From positions 101,742,001 through 101,806,000 of the forward strand of contig OZ024746.1 of NCBI GenBank assembly GCA_964016885.1: a stretch of DNA of 64,000 nt, written 5' to 3'. Position numbers and translations under genes: made by a program. The notes beneath the pieces are model-generated. The model saw nothing but the letters and a program-made list of their open reading frames with translations. It made no database searches and was not told where the DNA came from. Below are positions 1 to 13,892 of the stretch, piece by piece; position 1 is the first letter of the stretch; each line of letters begins with the position of its first letter. This DNA comes from Eledone cirrhosa (taxonomy: Eukaryota).

Positions 1-2722
1 GTTAGACGTGAGTTACAAGTCGTCAGAGTCACAGACATTCCTTCCATCAGTTAGACGTGAGTTATAAGTCGACAGAGTCACAGACATTCCTTCCATCAGT
101 TAGACGTGAGTTACAAGTCGTCAGAGTCACAGACATTCCTTCCATCAGTTAGACGTGAGTTACAAGTCGTCAGAGTCACAGACATTCCTTCCATCAGTTA
201 GACGTGAGTTATAAGTCGTCAGAGTCACAGACATTCCTTCCATCAGTTAGACGTGAGTTATAAGTCGACAGAGTCACAGACATTCCTTCCATCAGTTAGA
301 CGTGAGTTACAAGTCGTCAGAGTCACAGACATTCCTTCCATCAGTTAGACGTGAGTTATAAGTCGACAGAGTCACAGACATTCCTTCCATCAGTTAGACG
401 TGAGTTATAAGTCGTCAGAGTCACAGACATACCTTCCATCAGTTAGATGTGAGTTATAAGTCGACAGAGTCACAGACATTCCTTCCATCAGTTAGACGTG
501 AGTTACAAGTCGTCAGAGTCACAGACATTCCTTCCATCAGTTAGACGTGAGTTATAAGTCGACAGAGTCACAGACATTCCTTCCATCAGTTAGACGTGAG
601 TTACAAGTCGTCAGAGTCACAGACATTCCTTCCATCAGTTAGACGTGAGTTACAAGTCGTCAGAGTCACAGACATTCCTTCCATCAGTTAGACGTGAGTT
701 ATAAGTCGACAGAGTCACAGACATTCCTTCCATCAGTTAGACGTGAGTTACAAGTCGTCAGAGTCACAGACATTCCTTCCATCAGTTAGACGTGAGTTAT
801 AAGTCGACAGAGTCACAGACATTCCTTCCATCAGTTAGACGTGAGTTACAAGTCGTCAGAGTCACAGACATTCCTTCCATCAGTTAGACGTGAGTTATAA
901 GTCGTCAGAGTCACAGACATTCCTTCCATCAGTTAGACGTGAGTTACAAGTCGTCAGAGTCACAGACATTCCTTCCATCAGTTAGACGTGAGTTATAAGT
1001 CGACAGAGTCACAGACATTCCTTCCATCAGTTAGACGTGAGTTACAAGTCGTCAGAGTCACAGACATTCCTTCCATCAGTTAGACGTGAGTTATAAGTCG
1101 ACAGAGTCACAGACATTCCTTCCATCAGTTAGACGTGAGTTACAAGTCGTCAGAGTCACAGACATTCCTTCCATCAGTTAGACGTGAGTTATAAGTCGAC
1201 AGAGTCACAGACATTCCTTCCATCAGTTAGACGTGAGTTATAAGTCGTCAGAGTCACAGACATTCCTTCCATCAGTTAGACGTGAGTTACAAGTCGACAG
1301 AGTCACAGACATTCCTTCCATCAGTTAGACGTGAGTTATAAGTCGGCAGAGTCACAGATATTCCTTCCATAAGTTAGATCTGAGTTACAAGTCGTCAGAG
1401 TCACAGACATTCCTTCCATAAGTTAGATCTGAGTTACAAGTCGTCAGAGTCACAGACATTCCTTCCATCAGTTAGATGTGAGTTATAAGTCGACAGAGTC
1501 ACAGACATTCCTTCCATCAGTTAGACGTGAGTTATAAGTCGTCAGAGTCACAGACATTCCTTCCATCAGTTAGATGTGAGTTATAAGTTGACAGAGTCAC
1601 AGACATTCCTTCCATCAGTTAGACGTGAGTTATAAGTCGTCAGAGTCACAGACATTCCTTCCATCAGTTAGATGTGAGTTATAAGTCGACAGAGTCACAG
1701 ACATTCCTTCCATCAGTTAGACGTGAGTTATAAGTCGTCAGAGTCACAGACATTCCTTCCATCAGTTAGATGTGAGTTATAAGTCGACAGTCACAGACAT
1801 TCCTTCCATCAGTTAGATGTGAGTTATAAGTCGACAGAGTCACAGATATTCCTTCCATCAGTTAGATGTGAGTTACAAGTCGTCAGAGTCACAGACATTC
1901 CTTCCATCAGTTAGATGTAAGTTATAAGTCGACAGAGTCACAGACATTCCTTCCATCAGTTAGATGTGAGTTATAAGTCGACAGTCACAGACATTCCTTC
2001 CATCAGTTAGATGTGAGTTATAAGTCGACAGAGTCACAGATATTCCTTCCATCAGTTAGATTTGAGTTACAAGTCGTCAGAGTCACAGATATTCCTTCCA
2101 TCAGTTAGATGTGAGTTACAAGTCGTCAGAGTCACAGACATTCCTTCCATCAGTTAGATGTGAGTTACAAGTCGTCAGAGTCACAGACATTCCTTCCATC
2201 AGTTAGATGTGAGTTATAAGTCGACAGAGTCACAGACATTCCTTCCATCAGTTAGATGTGAGTTATAAGTCGACAGTCACAGACATTCCTTCCATCAGTT
2301 AGATGTGAGTTATAAGTCGACAGAGTCACAGATATTCCTTCCATCAGTTAGATGTGAGTTACAAGTCGTCAGAGTCACAGATATTCCTTCCATCAGTTAG
2401 ATGTGAGTTACAAGTCGTCAGAGTCACAGACATTCCTTCCATCAGTTAGATGTGAGTTATAAGTCAACAGAGTCACAGACATTCCTTCCATCAGTTAGAT
2501 GTGAGTTATAAGTCGACAGAGTCACAGATATTCCTTCCATCAGTTAGATGTGAGTTACAAGTCGTCAGAGTCACAGACATTCCTTCCATCAGTTAGATGT
2601 GAGTTATAAGTCGATAGAGTCACAGATATTCCTTCCATCAGTTAGATGTGAGTTACAAGTCGTCAGAGTCACAGATATTCCTTCCATCAGTTAGATGTGA
2701 GTTACAAGTCGTCAGAGTCACA
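1..2722. repeat. 49-bp tandem satellite (about 55 copies, runs off the window start)
   Basis: Unit GTTAGACGTGAGTTACAAGTCGTCAGAGTCACAGACATTCCTTCCATCA repeats head to tail with few substitutions and no spacers. Confidence 0.97.
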
Positions 2723-2945
2723 CATCTCTCCAGCTTTCTTAACTTTTGAAAATCATGAAACGTATGAAACCAGTAAAGTCATAAATTGTTGGAAATAAAC
2801 CTTCTTAAAGACTCCATTTGCTTTTTCAACATATTTTTCCTATGTATATTAAACGATGATGATGATATAACAAAGAAAGTGTGGTAAGAAACCAGGAGTA
2901 CTCGATACTTAGGGTAGTAGAGTGGGTAATATGAAAACAGCCAGG

Positions 2946-3041
2946 ACCCCGATGGTTGAGCTCCGGCTGTTTCGACAGCCAGATCCGAACTAAGCCAGCA
3001 GTATTAGAACGGCGGGAATCTAGCTGAATTTATCAAGGGGT
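2946..3041 (-). ncRNA. Type I hammerhead ribozyme, U3-A8 family, degenerate
   Basis: ACCCC-UUGAUAA-long stem II-GAAA-CAGCCGGAGCUCAACC-AUC-GGGGU. Stem III is disrupted. Confidence 0.55.
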
Positions 3042-4105
3042 ACAGTCCATATATGGGCATGCAGTCATAACAAAAAGGTAGAAATATCAAAGCAAACAAT
3101 CCTAAAAATGTGTTGTTTTTCTTGTCTGTCATGGGGAGTGGTCAATGATCTGGGATGTCATGTACATGGTTAAATTCCTTCACAGCGACGAGGGGGGGGG
3201 GGGCAGCCTGAAGAACAAAGGGAAGGGACTAAGAAGACAGTCTGACCTGTGGGTGTCAAGCTAGTCAGGTATTAAGAGAGAAATCTATACAACTATCTTT
3301 CATTTATAGAGAATGTAACCTACAATTCAAAGAGGTAAGGATATATTTTCAGCATGTAAGAATCAAGGAAGGTTGTTAGAGAGTGTAAATATGCAAAATC
3401 TAACACTTAGCTAAAGAGCAAACCATTTATATGTTAATACTGATTCAGTCCCTAATAAAGAAATTTAGTTATCAATTACTCTAATGCACAGGAAGGGCAC
3501 CTCAATACACTAATTTACTTGTATTTTCTTTTATAATGATCAGACACCCCCAAAAAATCAATCCTAGTCCAGTAAGGTGTCATAGCTATCTGTTCGGCTG
3601 GTTCCATAGGACTGTATGTATATTTTAACAAGAGTCGAAATATTCCGGGTTTACCTAAGGAAGGTTAGGAACTGTTTATAATAGTGTAGATATACAAAGA
3701 TCCACCTAAGTGTAATTAAAGTGTGTAACTAACGAAGAAAAAATTCTAATTCTACCTAAGTATGGCATTAGGAATGAGATACAACCTTCCTTGTTTCTTA
3801 CATGCTGAAAATATATCCTTACCTCTTTGAATTGTAGGTTACATTCTCTATAAATGAAAGATAGTTGTATAGATTTCTCTCTTAATACCTGACTAGCTTG
3901 ACACCCACAGGTCAGACTGTCTTCTTAGTCCCTTCCCTTTGTTCTTCAGAACCCCCATCCCGTCTTTGTGAAGGAATTTAACCATGACATCCCAGATCAT
4001 TGACCACTCCCCATGAGAGACAAGAAAAACAACAAATTTTTAGGATTGTTTGCTTTGATATTTCTACTTATTTATTATTTTACTGCATGCCCATATATGG
4101 ACTGT

Positions 4106-4201
4106 ATCCCTTGATAAATTCAGCTAGATTCCCGCCGTTCTAATACTGCTGGTTTAGTTCGGATCTAGCTATCGAAACAGCCGGAGCTCAGCCATCGGGG
4201 T
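4106..4201 (+). ncRNA. Type I hammerhead ribozyme, U3-A8 family, degenerate
   Basis: AUCCC-UUGAUAA-stem II (AGCUAGAU/AUCUAGCU)-GAAA-CAGCCGGAGCUCAGCC-AUC-GGGGU. Stem III mismatches fall at CpG positions relative to the 39861 copy. Confidence 0.55.
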
Positions 4202-4643
4202 CCTGACTATTTTCTTATATATGTGTATTTACCTATATGTGTGTGTGTGCGTTAATTATATGTACACACACACACACACACATATATTTATATGTGTATT
4301 TGGTGTATACGTTCGTATGTGTGCAGGTATATGTGTCGCGCCGGTTTACGTATGTGTGTGCGTGTTTACTTGTACATGCATGTATATGCATGCATGGCGT
4401 GTGTTTTCGCGTATGCACATGTATGTAGGTATATAGATGCATGTATGTATATATTTAATTATTATTACTTTTATGATTTTAATAACGTCTGTCATTTTCG
4501 TTCTACTGATTTATTTACATTATTCTTAACTCCGTAGCTGCGAATCATTCGGTTTTCTAAATAGAATATTAGTCTACGACTTCATTTAGACCATAAACGT
4601 GGTTTTGTCTTTGCGTGTAATTGTTCTCATCGCTCCACATAAT

Positions 4644-4826
4644 TGTTTCTACTTTAGGCACAAGGCCAGCAATTACCCAGTGTATTTCTGCTACTTTATT
4701 TTATCGACCCCGTAAGGATGAAAGGCAAAGTCAACCTCGGCGGGATTTGAACTCAGATCGTAAAGGGACGTAACTATGCTGGAAAGCATGGCGTCCGACC
4801 CTCTAGCGATACTGCCAATCCACCGC
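4644..4826 (-). mobile_element. tRNA-derived SINE with Nin/Deu-like central domain
   Basis: The minus strand has B-box GTTCAAATC followed by GACTTTGCCTTTCATCCTTACGGGGTCGATAAAATAAAGTA. It is flanked by direct repeat CGCTCCACATAAT (4631-4643 and 4824-4836), a likely TSD. Confidence 0.75.
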
Positions 4827-5033
4827 TCCACATAATGACGTTTTATCTTCATTTTGTTCCGTTCATTGCCAGGGAACGTCTTCACGAACCAAAGTATCGT
4901 CTTCCTGTTTTCCTTCGGTTGCAACGTTTTTCGAAATATTTACTTCTGCGTTCACAGATTGATTTTTTTTCAGTTTCAGAAGATCCCGTTAAGGGTGAAA
5001 GCAGAGATTCTTTGCTTAAACTTTAATCTGTTA

Positions 5034-5072
<39 letters not shown>

Positions 5073-5191
5073 GTAATAATAATAAATTTGAAGACTAAAA
5101 TCCAAAGAGGGCTCGATAAGGATAAATATATAAAATCTGTTATTTTAATAAATATATATATATATTTAATATATATATATATATATTCATA

Positions 5192-5403
5192 GGAAATCTG
5201 AGAGATCTGCATGGTGTGGACGTGGATGTTTTCACGAAACATCTTGACACTCTGCTATCCAGGATCTCAGATGAGCCCACAGCACAATATGAAGGTAACA
5301 TAAGGGCACCAGTAGCGAACACCCTCTTACACCAATGGCCAGCCAACGCAGGCTGGAGATAGAATGTATAGCCCCAGCAAGGCCTCAGCAGGTAAAAGAG
5401 TAA
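5192..5403 (+). mobile_element. 3' end fragment of a CR1-like LINE
   Basis: Translates as LRDLHGVDVDVFTKHLDTLLSRISDEP, resembling CR1-type ORF2 C-termini. Confidence 0.4.
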
Positions 5404-5417
5404 TTGAGTAAAAGTGT

Positions 5418-5420
<3 letters not shown>

Positions 5421-5448
<28 letters not shown>

Positions 5449-7930
5449 TTTACGTCCGCTCTTCCCTGCTTGCAAGGGTGGGACGGGTCTTATTCAGCAC
5501 AGCATCTCTCTACTTGTCACGGTCCTTCGTCATCTCCACCGTGACCTTCAGCGATCTGAGGTCTGTTCTCACCACCTCCGCCCATGTTTTTCCTGGTCTA
5601 CCTCTACCACGTCTTCCTTCAACTGGCATTTCCTGGCACTTCTTCACCCATCGGTCATCATCCATGCGCATCACATGTCCATACCACCTCAGTCTCCTCT
5701 ATCGCACACTACATTCTATCCCTCTCAGAGACAGTTTCTCTCTCAACACATTCATACTGGGTCGTTCACGCACATTGACACTGCACATCCAACGGAGCAT
5801 GCTTGCCTCATTTCTCTCCAGCCGTCGTATATCCTCTGCAGTTGCTGCCCATGTCTCACTACCATGCAGCATCGCGCTCCTCACACAGGCATCATATAAC
5901 CGGCCTTTCGTACGCAGGGAGAAACCCTTCTTCGTCAGCAGAGGAAGCAGGTCCCTGAACTTCTTCCAACCCATCCTTATTCTAGATACTATGCCTCAGA
6001 ACACCCCCCTCCCCCTCCCATGCTAATCTGATCTCCTAGGTACCGGAAGCTATCCACCACTTCTATAGCACCCGCCTGCATTTGAAAAATGTGTCTATCA
6101 ATGCGACTTCTACTGTCTAATTTCCCTGTGCATCTACTTCATACGTATTTCTCCCTACCTGTTAGTTTGCCTGCTATCCCACTACATCTCTTGTCTACCC
6201 AGGATCTGCATTGTGTGTATTTTACAGAATTTATGCCAGTTCCTTTTCTGCATATCGAACATGGCCATTTCCCTGACGGAATCAGAGTTTTGTCTTCTTT
6301 TCTACTCATCAACACTTTTGTCTTAGCTAGGTTCACTCTCAGTCCTCTTGCTTCCAACTGCTGTTTCCATAGCCAGAATTTATTCTCTAGCTCCTCTACT
6401 GATTCTGCTATAAGAACCAAATCGTCAGCATAAAGAAGTTACCATGGACAGCCAGTCTTAAACTCCTCTGTTATGGCTTGGAGGACTATAATGAACAAGA
6501 GCGGGCTGAGGACCGAACCTTGATGTACTCCTACTTGTATCTGGAATTCCTCACTAAACTCCATTCCTACCCTGACTTTACTGACAGCACCTCTGTACAA
6601 AGTTTGCACTGTCCTCACAAGCCATTCCTCAACACCTAGTTTCCTTAGGGACCACCAGATGACAGATCGAGGTACCCTATCAAAGGCCTTCTCTAGGTCA
6701 ACAAAGGCTAAGTATAGTGGCTTATTCTTCTCTAAGAACCTCTCTTGTGATTGTCTCACCAAGAAGAGGGCATCTCTTGTACTTCTCAGTACAAAACCAA
6801 ACTACATCTCATCTAGTTTGACCTTTTCTCTAATTAGTTATGCTAATATCTTTTCTGCCACTTTCATAACCTGATCCATCAGTTTTATACCCCTATAATT
6901 GCTCCTCTCCAGAGCATCCCCTTTACCTTTGTAGCAATTTATGAGAATACTGCTGCACCAGTCTTTGGGTATGACACCACTATATATAGCCTGATTGATG
7001 ATGCATGCAACCAGTTTAGTGCCTACGTCCCTGATGCCTTCAGCATCTCAGCAACTATCCCCGATGGTCCAGCAGCCGTACCATTTTTCATTTCGCCTCT
7101 TGGACCCTATATTCGTCAATCTCAATAGCTGGCCCCTCTGTCGGATCTACTGACGGTAATTTCTCTCTCTCCCATTCGTTCTCCACATTCATCAGTCTCT
7201 CATAATGATATTTCCAGGTCTTCTTTTTCTGATCATTCGTGACACTAAGTACACCGGCATCATTCCGGACACATTTATCTCCAACAACATCCTGATTAGC
7301 ACTGACACACTGCCTTGCAATGTGGAACACCGCACGCCTCTGATCTTCCCGTCGCAGAACATTGGCAAACCTCCTACTCTCAGCCTCCCTGCGTGCTAAA
7401 TACACCTGACGTCTAGCTTCTCTCTTATCGGCTGTATATCCTTCTCTACTCCCACCCTTTTTCCAAGCCTTCCATGCTAGTCTTTTGTCTCTAATGGCCT
7501 TATCTACTGTACTGTTCCACCACCAGGTCACTCTCTGTTTGGTTGGAGCTCTGCTCCAGCCACAAGTTTCATCAGTAGCCTGCAGTAAGTTGTCACATAA
7601 GCAATTCCAGTTATTATCTATGTCATACGTCTCTAAATCGTCTTCTTTTTCGTCATACACATCTGGAAGGGCTTTCCTAAATTTGTATTTTAGTGAAAGG
7701 TCTTTTAGCTTCCAGACCTTTCTTCTCCACGCCTTCATGTATGTCTCATTCCATCTCTTGCTTACTGAGATATCACTAATGACTAACCTATGCTGTGGGG
7801 TACATTCTTCCCCAGGGTATCCCTTGGTATTTGACACCATCTGCTTGTCCCGCTGCCTAACTAGTAAGAAGTCAATCTGGCTTATGTGCTCGCCAGATTT
7901 GTAGGTTATTAGGTGGTTGGCAGGTATCTG
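5421..7930 (-). mobile_element. RTE-clade LINE, degenerate (APE C-terminus plus RT), (ATG)n tail
   Basis: ORF pieces SQIDFLL/QHRLV (APE), FVDLEKAFD, GVHQGSVLSP, YADD at about 6421-6432 and AMLHGSETW. (CAT)n tract at 5421-5448. Multiple stops and frameshifts. Confidence 0.9.
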
Positions 7931-9010
7931 GAAGTTACCGATGAAAGAAACGCCAGTAAAGTCAGTGAGACCGGAGACCAAGGTCACCATTGCTAACAGG
8001 GAAGATGGCCTGTTGCCATCCAAGGTCGTCAAACCTGACGTTGCATATTTCATCATCTGCCACTCAGATACAAGTGTCGAGGTCAGTGAGGGGAGATGTG
8101 TGGTTGTAGCAAGGAGTGCTACGAAGTGTGTAGAGGAACTCCGGCATAGCAAAGCAGTTCCTCACTAGGAAGAGGGCTGGGTGGGCGTCAATCATGCCCA
8201 GTCTGCGCATGAGGGTCATGAGCTGCTAGAGCCTGGACCTGATGGTGGAGCAGATGGCATGTGTGAGGATTGATGACCTGAGGAGGAGAACATCCTCTTT
8301 AGGGGTTACCTGTACCTGGTGGAGAATAGATCGCACACGTCTGAGACGGAGGCTGCAAAGCCCTTTCCATCGTGGTTGATATTTACCACCTCGAACTTGG
8401 ATGATTTGACCTCAAGGCTTTCACCAGAGCAGGAACCACTGAACACTGGTCATGGCAGATTCCATGGGCCTGCCCAACATAGCATCATACAGGTATTAAA
8501 CATTGAAAGGGGCCGTGATACTCTGAGCAACGTGGTCTATACTGAGAGCAAAGATGAGGGGGTCCAAAGGGTCACTCTGTTGAACCCCTGTGGCTGAAGG
8601 TATGACCATGTCAGCAGCAAGGACCATGCTCTGGGGTCCATACAACTGGTAGGCCAGTGGGTATGCAGAGGGGTCTCAACAGAGGGGGGAATGACAGAGG
8701 GGGTTCAGCTGAGGTAGGCCTCGAGCAAATGGTCACGAAGTAGGCAGTTAAAAGCATTCCCCCATGTCAAGATTGACAATGAGGTGCCTGGTATTCCTCA
8801 ATGGACCTGCAGACCACCTTGGCTGCCAGCCTCCAGAAAACATTGTCCACAGCGATGGGGCGTATGCCACCATCTTTCTTCCTGGGAGTAGTCAGTCTGG
8901 CCAAAAAGAAGAGGCCTTGGGTATAAGGGCCCAGGGCACCATGGATGAACCTGTTAATTAGTGCCACAACTGCTCTCAGAAGGCAGTGCCTATCTTCGGC
9001 TGATAGGGTG
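7931..9010 (-). mobile_element. CRE-like non-LTR retrotransposon RT fragment
   Basis: KKDGGIRPIAV..WRLAAK (8767-8967), then NAFN and GVQQxDPL-like motifs in broken frames. Confidence 0.6.
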
Positions 9011-9320
9011 AGGGAGGTTGGTTACTTTGTGTTCAGGCCTGGTTTCTACATATTGCAATAGTGTTTCACAATTTTCCACAAAACCTCAAATTATAAGTTT
9101 CTGCTAAATAAAATTATATTTCTTTCCAAATTCACTATTTTCCGAAAACAAAATATATGATTTATTGGCAATATCTTCTTTCTCAAGAGCAATCAAAGCA
9201 ACAGATATCCTGTAATCTTTTTGTTCCATAAGCCAGAATGTCAGCAATGTAAACCCATTAAATGTTAACATGGAAAAAAAAATGGAAACATTTATTTTTA
9301 TGAATAAAAAATATACTTAC

Positions 9321-11690
9321 ATTAGAAAGTTTTAATCCAAATTGTTTTGGTCTCCTGTTGAGATTATTGAAGTAGAGAGTTAAAGAACTCAGTGTTTCAT
9401 GAACATTGATGTCTCTTGATATGCAAGGAACTAGTTTATTATGGTAGAGCCTTGCATCTATATTAGTATCCAGCATTTGAGAAAAACATTGGAAGCTGTG
9501 TGGCATTTGGTGAGTTGTTATATTTTGAAATAAATTCCTGTATTGTATTGGAAGTAATTTCTTTCTATTTATCTTCTTTTGATATATGACGTTTTCATAG
9601 GATAAAAGTTTAGTAGAATTTTCCAAAACTCTTCTTATTGACTTTGCACCAGTTCCAGCTAATGAGAGGGCATGATGAATGGCTAATGTTAGGCTTTCTG
9701 TATTGGTATTTATTATAAGTTCTGAGCTAAAATCTTTTAGTATCAGTGAAATGTTAGAACATGTAAGAAGTTGTCTGTTATTTACCAAATTTGTGGTGTC
9801 TGGTTCCATTTCTATGGGGAAAGTGTCATAAGATTCAGAATCGGACGGTGGTAAAATAGATTTTCTCAATGGATAAGATATACAAGCCTGCTTACCACAG
9901 GAAAATACCTTTTTTATATAAATATTTACATCATTTATGAATTTAATTAAAACTATTTGCTTGTCAAAATCAATTTTAACTTGTTTCCATATTCGATTTG
10001 TATTTATAGTGCCACCATATTGCAGGAAATTATTACTATTCTGTTGATTAATATAAAAAAGTACCATTGATTTTAATAATGACTGAAAAATATCTGATCT
10101 TATATTCAAGTATTTCTGATTTCCTTCAGGGGATTCATAAGTAATTTGTGGGAGATACATTGGAGAATTAGTTCTATATGCCATTGAAATGTTATCTAAA
10201 CTTACCAAAGCAGTAGAATGATCAGTAAAAATATTTCCACTTGATATTTCAACAAAGCAAGGTTTCACCTTTGTAGAAATTAGGCGTTTAATATGTGAAG
10301 GAGTAATTGAAAGCAAGAAAGTATTTTCACTAGAATTTGGTAGTAATATCATTGTATTATCTAATGGGGTACGAACTAATCTTTTAGACATGTTAAGATT
10401 TGTGGTTGTTGAAACAAAAATGGAGTCTTTAACATGGATATTTGAACTATTTGAAATGAAACTCAAATAAAGAGTTCCAGGTAAATCAGGAAAGTTATTT
10501 CTTTTTAGTTGATCATCAAAAGACTTTCTTTGAAGGAATGAAAACTTATACCTGTTGGCTTTTGACAGAGCTAAAGATTTTCTCCTTATTTTTGAAGAAA
10601 AGTAAGTTTCTGGACAAGGTTTCAGTGAAATTGGAAGATGTATTAAGGAAGTATTCAAAAGAGATTTGTCAGAATTTCTGCACTGGATAGATAGAATAGG
10701 TGATGCCATAGCAGATGGTACCAATTGCATTTCAGGGAAATTATTTGGTTCAATTGTCGATATCATAGCTTCTGTTGTTTTAGAATTTGATTGGTTAATT
10801 CCAGACAAGGGGAGATCTGAAATCAGATTTCCCAGTTTCCTTTTATTTATTATAGGATTATAATTTGAATCATTTATTGAAGCAATTGAATTGGAACTTA
10901 TAACTCTTAAACTTCTCTGAAAATATAAAGAGAATTTACTTCTTTTCAGTGGAGATATATTCATTTGCCTCGTTTGGGGTAAGAATATATTATTGTTAGA
11001 ATCGGGGGAATATGGAATACAGTCAGCAACATTTCTTTGGGCAGTATTTGTTAATACTGTAGAGATATTGCCAAAGTCACCAATAAAAGACTGACTGCTT
11101 GAAGAAAATTCTGGTGTCTGACAAACATCTTTCACTAGGGTATAAACATTATCTTGTTCAAATAAAGTCAAAGGAGTTTGTTTGGAAGTAACTGACCGAA
11201 TATCTAAATTCTTTATCAAAGAATTTTCCTTTCTTAAAAGCATTGAGGCATTAGAAAAATCAATAGAGCATAAAGAATTGTTGTTGATAATATCTGGAAG
11301 TTTTATTTCTGTTAGGTTAAAAGTAACTCCCCAATTCTTTGGAAATGGCAAAAATGGTCTTTCTGAAAATTTTCCTTTGAAATTAGTGAAGGTGTCAATG
11401 TTTGATTCTATAGAAGAAGGTTTGTCTTCACATGACCTGAGAAATTTCAATGCAATGATATTTTCTTGAGAGATTCCTTGATTGTAAGGAAACGTATTTT
11501 CTTCATTTCTTCTGCAATATGAAACATTTGTGTTGGTAGCCATAGTAGCAACAGAAGAAGATATTTCTGGAACATTATCTGATGGATCAATATTATTTTG
11601 GCAATCAGAAACTGTTTGGTAGTATGTGTTAAATTCATTTTCACTTTTTGTTTCCTTAATATCCACAAAAGAAAGATTATTGTTTAATGC
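9321..11690 (-). CDS. Large internal coding exon (2370 nt, 790 codons, phase 0-0) of an unidentified host gene; Ser/Asn/Ile/Leu-rich, no recognised domain
   Basis: 802-codon ORF in AT-rich DNA. Acceptor TTTTTTTAAATTTCAG ends at 11691, donor GTAAGT at 9320-9315, and both are in frame with the ORF. Confidence 0.75.
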
Positions 11691-11946
11691 CTGAAATTTA
11701 AAAAAAGTTTGGTAAATTAATGGGAAACAAACATTAAAATATCACGAATGAACATTTTGAATTCAAAGTTATTGAAAAAAGATGTCTTGCCTAGCTTTGA
11801 ATCTTTATATGAAATAAAATATATTTGAGCTAACAACACAATATGTATATCTGGTGGACATGAGAATGAGTACTCGATATGGAACTAAAGTTTAAATATT
11901 CATTTATTATGGTTAAGTCTCATGATTTTGTTAGTGCACAGCTGAA

Positions 11947-11977
11947 ACTCCAGAGTAACAAGAGTCACCATTTAGCC

Positions 11978-12039
<62 letters not shown>

Positions 12040-12069
12040 GGCTAAATGGTGACTCTTGTTACTCTGGAG

Positions 12070-12070
<1 letters not shown>
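11947..12070. repeat. Perfect 34-bp inverted repeat centred on (TA)n
   Basis: ACTCCAGAGTAACAAGAGTCACCATTTAGCCATT (11947-11980) and its reverse complement (12037-12070). Confidence 0.92.
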
Positions 12071-12099
<29 letters not shown>

Positions 12100-12103
<4 letters not shown>

Positions 12104-13003
12104 GTTGACAGCTTCTGCTACCTAGGTGACCGAATTAGCAACGGAGGTGGGTGTTCAGAAAGTGCAATAACTAGGGTAAGAACGGGATGGAAGAAGTTTA
12201 GGGAACTACTACCACTGCTAGCTGCAAAAGGCTTCTCCCTCAGAATGAAAGGCAGACTGTATGATGCGTGTATTCGAACAGCGATGTTGCATGGTAGCGA
12301 GACCTGGGCGCTGAAGGTGGAAGACTTACGTAGATTAGAGAGAAACGAAGCCTGCATGCTCCGATGGATGTGTAACAATAATATACGTGAACGACAAAGC
12401 ATAAATGAATTGAGAGAGAGACTGAGCATAAGAGGAATCAAATGCTGTGTGCAGGAGAGGCGGTTGCGCTGGTATGGACATGTGATGCGTATGAAGGATG
12501 ATAGCTGCATAAAAAGGTGCAGAGCACTAGAAGTTGATGGAAACTGCAGAGTGGGGAGACCCAAGATGACCTGGGATGAGGTGATAAAAGCCGACCTTAC
12601 CCAATTACACCTCTCAAAGACAATGACACACGACCGTGACTTCTGGCGTCACGCAGTAATACAGAGTACCCGACCTCCCATGGGTACAAGCTGAAGCATA
12701 TAGACAATATGCCCCCACACCCCCCCACCGCAAGGTGGTCGTGGAGGTGCCACGGAAAAAAAGCACCCAGCCCACACTGTAAAGTGGATGTGTAGGCGCC
12801 ACGGAAAAAAAGTACCCAGCACTCACTGTAAATGAGGTTGGTGTTAGGAAGGGCATCCAGCTGTAGAAATCAAGCCAAATCAGTTCCTGTATGAGCAAGG
12901 CATGGTCAGCCGACCAGACACTGCCCACAACAGGACAACCCGTCTAACCCATGCTAACGTGGAAGAACGGACGTAAAACGGTGATGATGAGGATGATGAT
13001 GAT
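12100..13003 (+). mobile_element. 5'-truncated RTE LINE (ORF C-terminus plus 3' UTR, (GAT)n tail)
   Basis: FCYLGD, AMLHGSETW, RRLRWYGHVMRM and GRPKMTW. Homologous to the ORF at 5699-5974. Confidence 0.9.
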
Positions 13004-13483
13004 ATGTGTGTGTGTGAATGAATTCCATCGGAAAGGTCCAGGAAAAAAGAGTGCTCTATGTAAGTTACAGAGCTTATTAGTTATGTAATAAATAACATAA
13101 GATAATTATTTCATTTACCAGTGGTTTCTTGAAAGCAAGCAAAATTTGCTTTCAGTCATCAGAATGAAAAAATCCTGGTGTATTTATTGACAGTGGATTT
13201 TAAAAACAAAAATATAATCTATATGAAAGTGAAGCTGGAAAAGGAAGAAGGAAAGGAAAAAGAATAAATATAAAAATAGATAAACACACATGCACACACA
13301 CACACACACACACATATACATACACACATACATATATATATATATATACATACACACAGACATACACATACATTCACATATATATATATCCATACATACA
13401 CATACACATAAATACACAAACACATATATATATATATATATACAATATTAAATAAATGGAAACTATATTTATAAAACCATATT

Positions 13484-13549
13484 TATTTCATTATACATAT
13501 TTCAGGGATGCCATATTAAAAATATGGCATGCCTTCGTCAGATAAAATA
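13484..13549 (-). ncRNA. Type I hammerhead ribozyme with minimal stem III
   Basis: Exact reverse complement of 13893-13958. Confidence 0.8.
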
Positions 13550-13892
13550 CAATATATAAACAGTTTTATAAATAATTTTGACGTACCATAAATATAAGCG
13601 ACCATTAAGATAGGAGGCTGGCTTGGTAGTGAAGTGTTTATAATTATTTAGTTATAGTGTTTAGCACAGTTAGAAAAAAAGACGGAGAGAAAGAAGAAAT
13701 GGATGTCTCCCCCCTATTTCTCTCTGTTTTTCTTTACATCCATTTCTTCTTTCTCTCCGTCTTTTTTTCTAACTGTGCTTAACACTATAACTAAATAATT
13801 ATAAACACTTCACTACCAAGCCAGCCTCCTATCTTAATGGTCGCTTATATTTATGGTACGTCAAAATTATTTATAAAACTGTTTATATATTG

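Larger units (their letters stand above)
2870..4218. mobile_element. Penelope-like element remnant with inverted terminal arms (about 2929-3376 and 3781-4218)
   Basis: The arms are reverse complements over about 440 bp and each carries an HHR-like motif. The left end resembles the GTGGTAAG...GTACTC..TACTTAGGGTAGTAG terminus seen at 36988 and 59698. Confidence 0.7.

Noticed and set aside
1-2722. CRISPR-like array
   Set aside because: Units are contiguous with no unique spacers and there are no cas genes. It is a satellite.
7088-8152. 354-aa ORF as a single gene
   Set aside because: Chance in-frame fusion of a CRE-like fragment with the RTE endonuclease region at about 7930.
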